A stretch of DNA of 64,000 bases, from NCBI GenBank assembly GCA_964057225.1, contig OZ059895.1, positions 620,001 through 684,000 on the forward strand, read 5' to 3'. The position numbers and the translations under genes were made by a program. Positions 56,863-64,000 of this stretch are shown here, in pieces (position 1 is the first letter of the stretch; every line of letters begins with the position of its first letter). This DNA comes from Auanema rhodensis (lineage: Eukaryota; Animalia; Nematoda). The notes beneath the pieces were generated by a model, which was not told the origin of the DNA, searched no databases, and saw nothing but the letters and a program-made list of their open reading frames with translations.

Positions 56863-59800
56863 TCAAGGCAAAAACGATAGACAATGTTATTCAACGAAAA
56901 AATTAATTCTTCAGTGTGAAAATCGAGGATATAAGTGTGAACTTATATCAGTTGATATCTCGGTGCATTTTTAAGTTAGCGCAAATCTGATAACACAGAT
57001 CGACGCAGCTCACAAATCCGCATCGAATGCACTATACTACATTGAGAAACGCTTGATACAAAAATTAGTTATGATCGTTTGAAAAATGATGCATTAGTGT
57101 ATGTTGAGTTTCCATGTACACTCAACATTGCTTCCAAAAACATTTTGACAAAAATTTTTTCGAAAAATTTCAAAATAATGTAGCAAAAAGTAGATGTTTT
57201 TAGATTCCTTTTTTCAAGGCGAAGACGATGGACAAAGTTATTCAACGAAAAAATTGATTCTTCAGGGTGAAAATCGAGGATATAAGTGTGAACTTATATC
57301 AGTTGATATCTCGGTGCATTTTTAAGTTAGCGCAAATCTGATAACAGAGATCGACGCAGCTTACAAATCCGCATCGAATGCACTACACTACATTGAGAAA
57401 CGCTTAATATAAAAATTAGTTATGATCGTTTGAAAAATGATGCATTAGTGTATGTTGAGTTTCCATGTACACTCAACATTGCTTCCAAAAACATTTTGAC
57501 AAAACTTTTTTCGAAAAATTTCAAAACAATTTAGCAAAAAGTAGATGTTTTTAGATTCCATTTTTCAAGGCAAAGACGATGGACAATGTTATTCAACGAA
57601 AAAAATAATTCTTCAGGGTGAAAATCGAGGATATAAGTGTGAACTTATATCAGTTGATATCTTGGTGCATTTTTAAGCTAGCGCAAATCTGATAACACAG
57701 ATCGACGCAGCTTAAAAATCCGCATCGAATGCACTATACTACATTGAAAAACGCTTGATACAAAAATTAGTTATGATCGTTTGAAAAATGATGCATTAGT
57801 GTATGTTGAGTTTCCATGTACACTCAACATTGCTTCCAAAAACATTTTGACAAAAATTTTTTCGAAAAATTTCAAAATAATGTAGCAAAAAGTAGATGTT
57901 TTTAGATTCCTTTTTTCAAGGCGAAGACGATGGACAAAGTTATTCAACGAAAAAATTGATTCTTCAGGGTGAAAATCGAGGATATAAGTGTGAACTTATA
58001 TCAGTTGATATCTCGGTGCATTTTTAAGTTAGCGCAAATCTGATAACACAGATCGACGCAGCTTACAAATCCGCATCGAATGCACTATACTACATTGAGA
58101 AACGCTTGATACAAAAATTAGTTATGATCGTTTGAAAAATGATGCATTAGTGTATGTTGAGTTTCCATGTACACTCAACATTGCTTCCAAAAACATTTTG
58201 ACAAAAATTTTTTCGAAAAATTTCAAAATAATGTAGCAAAAAGTAGATGTTTTTAGATTCCATTTTTCAAGGCAAAGACGATGGACAATGTTATTCAACG
58301 AAAAAAATAATTCTTCAGGGTGAAAATCGAGGATATAAGTGTGAACTTATATCAGTTGATATCTTGGTGCATTTTTAAGCTAGCGCAAATCTGATAACAC
58401 AGATCGACGCAGCTTAAAAATCCGCATCGAATGCACTATACTACATTGAGAAACGCTTGATACAAAAATTAGTTATAATTGTTTGAAAAATGATGCATTA
58501 GTGTATGTTGAGTTTCCATGTACACTCAACATTGCTTCCAAAAACATTTTGACAAAAATTTTTTCGAAAAATTTCAAAATAATTTAGCAAAAAGTAGATG
58601 TTTTTAAATTCCTTTTTTCAAGGCAAAGACGATGGACAATGTTATTCAACGAAAAAATTAATTCTTCAGGGTGAAAATCGAGGATATAAGTGTAAACTTA
58701 TATCAGTTGATATCTCGGTGCATTTTTAAGCTAGCGCAAATCTGATAACACAGATCGACGCAGCTTAAAAATCCGCATCGAATGCACTATACTACATTGA
58801 GAAACGCTTAATACAAAAATTAGTTATGATCGTTTGAAAAATGATGCATTAGTGTATGTTGAGTTTCCATGTACACTCAACATTGCTTCCAAAAACATTT
58901 TGACAAAAATTTTTTCGAAAAATTTCAAAATAATGAAGCAAAAAGTAGATGTTTTTAGATTCCTTTTTTCAAGGCGAAGACGATGGACAAAGTTATTCAA
59001 CGAAAAAATTGATTCTTCAGGGTGAAAATCGAGGATATAAGTGTGAACTTATATCAGTTGATATCTCGGTGCATTTTTAAGCTAGCGCAAATCTGATAAC
59101 ACAGATCGACGCAGCTTAAAAATCCGCATCGAATGCACTATACTACATTGAGAAACGCTTGATACAAAAATTAGTTATGATCGTTTGAAAAATGATGCAT
59201 TAGTGTATGTTGAGTTTCCATGTACACTCAACATTGCTTCCAAAAACATTTTGACAAAAATTTTTTCGAAAAATTTCAAAATAATGTAGCAAAAAGTAGA
59301 TGTTTTTAGATTCCTTATTTCAAGGCAAAAACGATAGACAATGTTATTCAACGAAAAAATTAATTCTTCAGTGTGAAAATCGAGGATATAAGTGTGAACT
59401 TATATCAGTTGATATCTCGGTGCATTTTTAAGTTAGCGCAAATCTGATAACACAGATCGACGCAGCTCACAAATCCGCATCGAATGCACTATACTACATT
59501 GAGAAACGCTTGATACAAAAATTAGTTATGATCGTTTGAAAAATGATGCATTAGTGTATGTTGAGTTTCCATGTACACTCAACATTGCTTCCAAAAACAT
59601 TTTGACAAAAATTTTTTCGAAAAATTTCAAAATAATGTAGCAAAAAGTAGATGTTTTTAGATTCCTTTTTTCAAGGCGAAGACGATGGACAAAGTTATTC
59701 AACGAAAAAATTGATTCTTCAGGGTGAAAATCGAGGATATAAGTGTGAACTTATATCAGTTGATATCTCGGTGCATTTTTAAGTTAGCGCAAATCTGATA

Positions 59801-62800
59801 ACAGAGATCGACGCAGCTTACAAATCCGCATCGAATGCACTACACTACATTGAGAAACGCTTAATATAAAAATTAGTTATGATCGTTTGAAAAATGATGC
59901 ATTAGTGTATGTTGAGTTTCCATGTACACTCAACATTGCTTCCAAAAACATTTTGACAAAAATTTTTTCGAAAAATTTCAAAACAATTTAGCAAAAAGTA
60001 GATGTTTTTAGATTCCATTTTTCAAGGCAAAGACGATGGACAATGTTATTCAACGAAAAAAATAATTCTTCAGGGTGAAAATCGAGGATATAAGTGTGAA
60101 CTTATATCAGTTGATATCTTGGTGCATTTTTAAGCTAGCGCAAATCTGATAACACAGATCGACGCAGCTTAAAAATCCGCATCGAATGCACTATACTACA
60201 TTGAAAAACGCTTGATACAAAAATTAGTTATGATCGTTTGAAAAATGATGCATTAGTGTATGTTGAGTTTCCATGTACACTCAACATTGCTTCCAAAAAC
60301 ATTTTGACAAAAATTTTTTCGAAAAATTTCAAAATAATGTAGCAAAAAGTAGATGTTTTTAGATTCCTTTTTTCAAGGCGAAGACGATGGACAAAGTTAT
60401 TCAACGAAAAAATTGATTCTTCAGGGTGAAAATCGAGGATATAAGTGTGAACTTATATCAGTTGATATCTCGGTGCATTTTTAAGTTAGCGCAAATCTGA
60501 TAACACAGATCGACGCAGCTTACAAATCCGCATCGAATGCACTATACTACATTGAGAAACGCTTGATACAAAAATTAGTTATGATCGTTTGAAAAATGAT
60601 GCATTAGTGTATGTTGAGTTTCCATGTACACTCAACATTGCTTCCAAAAACATTTTGACAAAAATTTTTTCGAAAAATTTCAAAATAATGTAGCAAAAAG
60701 TAGATGTTTTTAGATTCCATTTTTCAAGGCAAAGACGATGGACAATGTTATTCAACGAAAAAAATAATTCTTCAGGGTGAAAATCGAGGATATAAGTGTG
60801 AACTTATATCAGTTGATATCTTGGTGCATTTTTAAGCTAGCGCAAATCTGATAACACAGATCGACGCAGCTTAAAAATCCGCATCGAATGCACTATACTA
60901 CATTGAGAAACGCTTGATACAAAAATTAGTTATAATTGTTTGAAAAATGATGCATTAGTGTATGTTGAGTTTCCATGTACACTCAACATTGCTTCCAAAA
61001 ACATTTTGACAAAAATTTTTTCGAAAAATTTCAAAATAATTTAGCAAAAAGTAGATGTTTTTAAATTCCTTTTTTCAAGGCAAAGACGATGGACAATGTT
61101 ATTCAACGAAAAAATTAATTCTTCAGGGTGAAAATCGAGGATATAAGTGTAAACTTATATCAGTTGATATCTCGGTGCATTTTTAAGCTAGCGCAAATCT
61201 GATAACACAGATCGACGCAGCTTAAAAATCCGCATCGAATGCACTATACTACATTGAGAAACGCTTAATACAAAAATTAGTTATGATCGTTTGAAAAATG
61301 ATGCATTAGTGTATGTTGAGTTTCCATGTACACTCAACATTGCTTCCAAAAACATTTTGACAAAAATTTTTTCGAAAAATTTCAAAATAATGTAGCAAAA
61401 AGTAGATGTTTTTAGATTCCTTATTTCAAGGCAAAAACGATAGACAATGTTATTCAACGAAAAAATTAATTCTTCAGTGTGAAAATCGAGGATATAAGTG
61501 TGAACTTATATCAGTTGATATCTCGGTGCATTTTCAAGTTAGCGCAAATCTGATAACACAGATCGACGCAGCTCACAAATCCGCATCGAATGCACTATAC
61601 TACATTGAGAAACGCTTGATACAAAAATTAGTTATGATCGTTTGAAAAATGATGCATTAGTGTATGTTGAGTTTCCATGTACACTCAACATTGCTTCCAA
61701 AAACATTTTGACAAAAATTTTTTCGAAAAATTTCAAAATAATGTAGCAAAAAGTAGATGTTTTTAGATTCCTTATTTCAAGGCAAAAACGATAGACAATG
61801 TTATTCAACGAAAAAATTAATTCTTCAGTGTGAAAATCGAGGATATAAGTGTGAACTTATATCAGTTGATATCTCGGTGCATTTTCAAGTTAGCGCAAAT
61901 CTGATAACACAGATCGACGCAGCTCACAAATCCGCATCGAATGCACTATACTACATTGAGAAACGCTTGATACAAAAATTAGTTATGATCGTTTGAAAAA
62001 TGATGCATTAGTGTATGTTGAGTTTCCATGTACACTCAACATTGCTTCCAAAAACATTTTGACAAAAATTTTTTCGAAAAATTTCAAAATAATGTAGCAA
62101 AAAGTAGATGTTTTTAGATTCCTTTTTTCAAGGCGAAGACGATGGACAAAGTTATTCAACGAAAAAATTGATTCTTCAGGGTGAAAATCGAGGATATAAG
62201 TGTGAACTTATATCAGTTGATATCTCGGTGCATTTTTAAGTTAGCGCAAATCTGATAACAGAGATCGACGCAGCTTACAAATCCGCATCGAATGCACTAC
62301 ACTACATTGAGAAACGCTTAATATAAAAATTAGTTATGATCGTTTGAAAAATGATGCATTAGTGTATGTTGAGTTTCCATGTACACTCAACATTGCTTCC
62401 AAAAACATTTTGACAAAAATTTTTTCGAAAAATTTCAAAACAATTTAGCAAAAAGTAGATGTTTTTAGATTCCATTTTTCAAGGCAAAGACGATGGACAA
62501 TGTTATTCAACGAAAAAAATAATTCTTCAGGGTGAAAATCGAGGATATAAGTGTGAACTTATATCAGTTGATATCTTGGTGCATTTTTAAGCTAGCGCAA
62601 ATCTGATAACACAGATCGACGCAGCTTAAAAATCCGCATCGAATGCACTATACTACATTGAAAAACGCTTGATACAAAAATTAGTTATGATCGTTTGAAA
62701 AATGATGCATTAGTGTATGTTGAGTTTCCATGTACACTCAACATTGCTTCCAAAAACATTTTGACAAAAATTTTTTCGAAAAATTTCAAAATAATGTAGC

Positions 62801-63882
62801 AAAAAGTAGATGTTTTTAGATTCCTTTTTTCAAGGCGAAGACGATGGACAAAGTTATTCAATGAAAAAATTGATTCTTCAGGGTGAAAATCGAGGATATA
62901 AGTGTGAACTTATATCAGTTGATATCTCGGTGCATTTTTAAGTTAGCGCAAATCTGATAACACAGATCGACGCAGCTTACAAATCCGCATCGAATGCACT
63001 ATACTACATTGAGAAACGCTTGATACAAAAATTAGTTATGATCGTTTGAAAAATGATGCATTAGTGTATGTTGAGTTTCCATGTACACTCAACATTGCTT
63101 CCAAAAACATTTTGACAAAAATTTTTTCGAAAAATTTCAAAATAATGTAGCAAAAAGTAGATGTTTTTAGATTCCATTTTTCAAGGCAAAGACGATGGAC
63201 AATGTTATTCAACGAAAAAAATAATTCTTCAGGGTGAAAATCGAGGATATAAGTGTGAACTTATATCAGTTGATATCTTGGTGCATTTTTAAGCTAGCGC
63301 AAATCTGATAACACAGATCGACGCAGCTTAAAAATCCGCATCGAATGCACTATACTACATTGAGAAACGCTTGATACAAAAATTAGTTATAATTGTTTGA
63401 AAAATGATGCATTAGTGTATGTTGAGTTTCCATGTACACTCAACATTGCTTCCAAAAACATTTTGACAAAAATTTTTTCGAAAAATTTCAAAATAATTTA
63501 GCAAAAAGTAGATGTTTTTAAATTCCTTTTTTCAAGGCAAAGACGATGGACAATGTTATTCAACGAAAAAATTAATTCTTCAGGGTGAAAATCGAGGATA
63601 TAAGTGTAAACTTATATCAGTTGATATCTCGGTGCATTTTTAAGCTAGCGCAAATCTGATAACACAGATCGACGCAGCTTAAAAATCCGCATCGAATGCA
63701 CTATACTACATTGAGAAACGCTTAATACAAAAATTAGTTATGATCGTTTGAAAAATGATGCATTAGTGTATGTTGAGTTTCCATGTACACTCAACATTGC
63801 TTCCAAAAACATTTTGACAAAAATTTTTTCGAAAAATTTCAAAATAATGTAGCAAAAAGTAGATGTTTTTAGATTCCTTATT
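56863..63882. repeat. 7-monomer (2457-bp) higher-order repeat (6-monomer core plus one variable monomer), about 3 copies
   Basis: The marker monomer is at 57214, 59671 and 62128. The ttatAatTgttt monomer is at 58267, 60724 and 63181. gtgtAaac is at 58694, 61151 and 63608. Confidence 0.85.
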
Positions 63883-64000
63883 TCAAGGCAAAAACGATAA
63901 ACAATGTTATTCAACGAAAAAATTAATTCTTCAGTGTGAAAATCGAGGATATAAGTGTGAACTTATATCAGTTGATATCTCGGTGCATTTTTAAGTTAGC

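Larger units (their letters stand above)
1..64000. repeat. Tandem satellite DNA array, 351-bp monomer, about 182.3 head-to-tail copies, probably (peri)centromeric or heterochromatic
   Basis: TCAAGGCAAAGACGAT recurs at 1, 352, 703 and onward. The phase is exact at every 20th copy (7021, 14041, 21061, 28081, 35101, 42121, 49141, 56161, 63181). About 31% GC with A/T tracts. The array runs off both ends of the window. The centromeric location is inference. Confidence 0.99.
38962..64000. repeat. Subfamily B domain (monomers 112-183) with variable-length higher-order repeats
   Basis: Typical alleles: ggcGaag with acaaAgtt and attGatt, ccttAttt with aaaaAcgatAg and cagTgtg, aagTtagc, cttaCaaa, cttGata, taatGtag, atctTggtg. 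The 136G allele (cacaGat) appears fixed. Confidence 0.88.

Noticed and set aside
61406-61996. Two 79-aa ORFs
   Set aside because: They are created by chance loss of two TAA stops (T110C and T149C) in two duplicated monomers. The same frame is closed in all other copies.
1-64000. Giant repetitive coding sequence (351 bp = 117 codons)
   Set aside because: The ORF track shows nothing longer than 79 aa in any of the six frames, and stops recur in each monomer.
1-64000. CRISPR array
   Set aside because: There are no unique spacers. The entire 351-bp unit is repeated, and there are no cas genes or leader.
1-64000. Transposon insertion or strand inversion within the array
   Set aside because: None seen. 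Phase and orientation are unbroken throughout.

Overview
The whole 64-kb window is one uninterrupted head-to-tail tandem satellite DNA array. It holds about 182.3 copies of a 351-bp, AT-rich monomer (about 31% GC by hand count), all in the same orientation. Monomer n starts at 351*(n-1)+1. I found no genes, RNA genes, transposons or CRISPR arrays; the four ORFs in the track arise from point substitutions that remove stops inside monomers. Monomers differ by a few substitutions, and I saw no indels. The substitutions define three layers: subfamily A (about 1-31.9 kb), a mosaic transition layer with private variants (about 31.9-39 kb), and a more diverged subfamily B (about 39-64 kb). Both A and B contain local, unstable higher-order repeats (HORs) of 2, 3, 5, 6, 7, 9 and 12 monomers. 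The monomer is largely tiled by inverted repeats (four putative hairpins or cruciforms, one with a GNRA tetraloop). This looks like eukaryotic centromeric or pericentromeric satellite. I cannot name the organism or the satellite family from the sequence alone.
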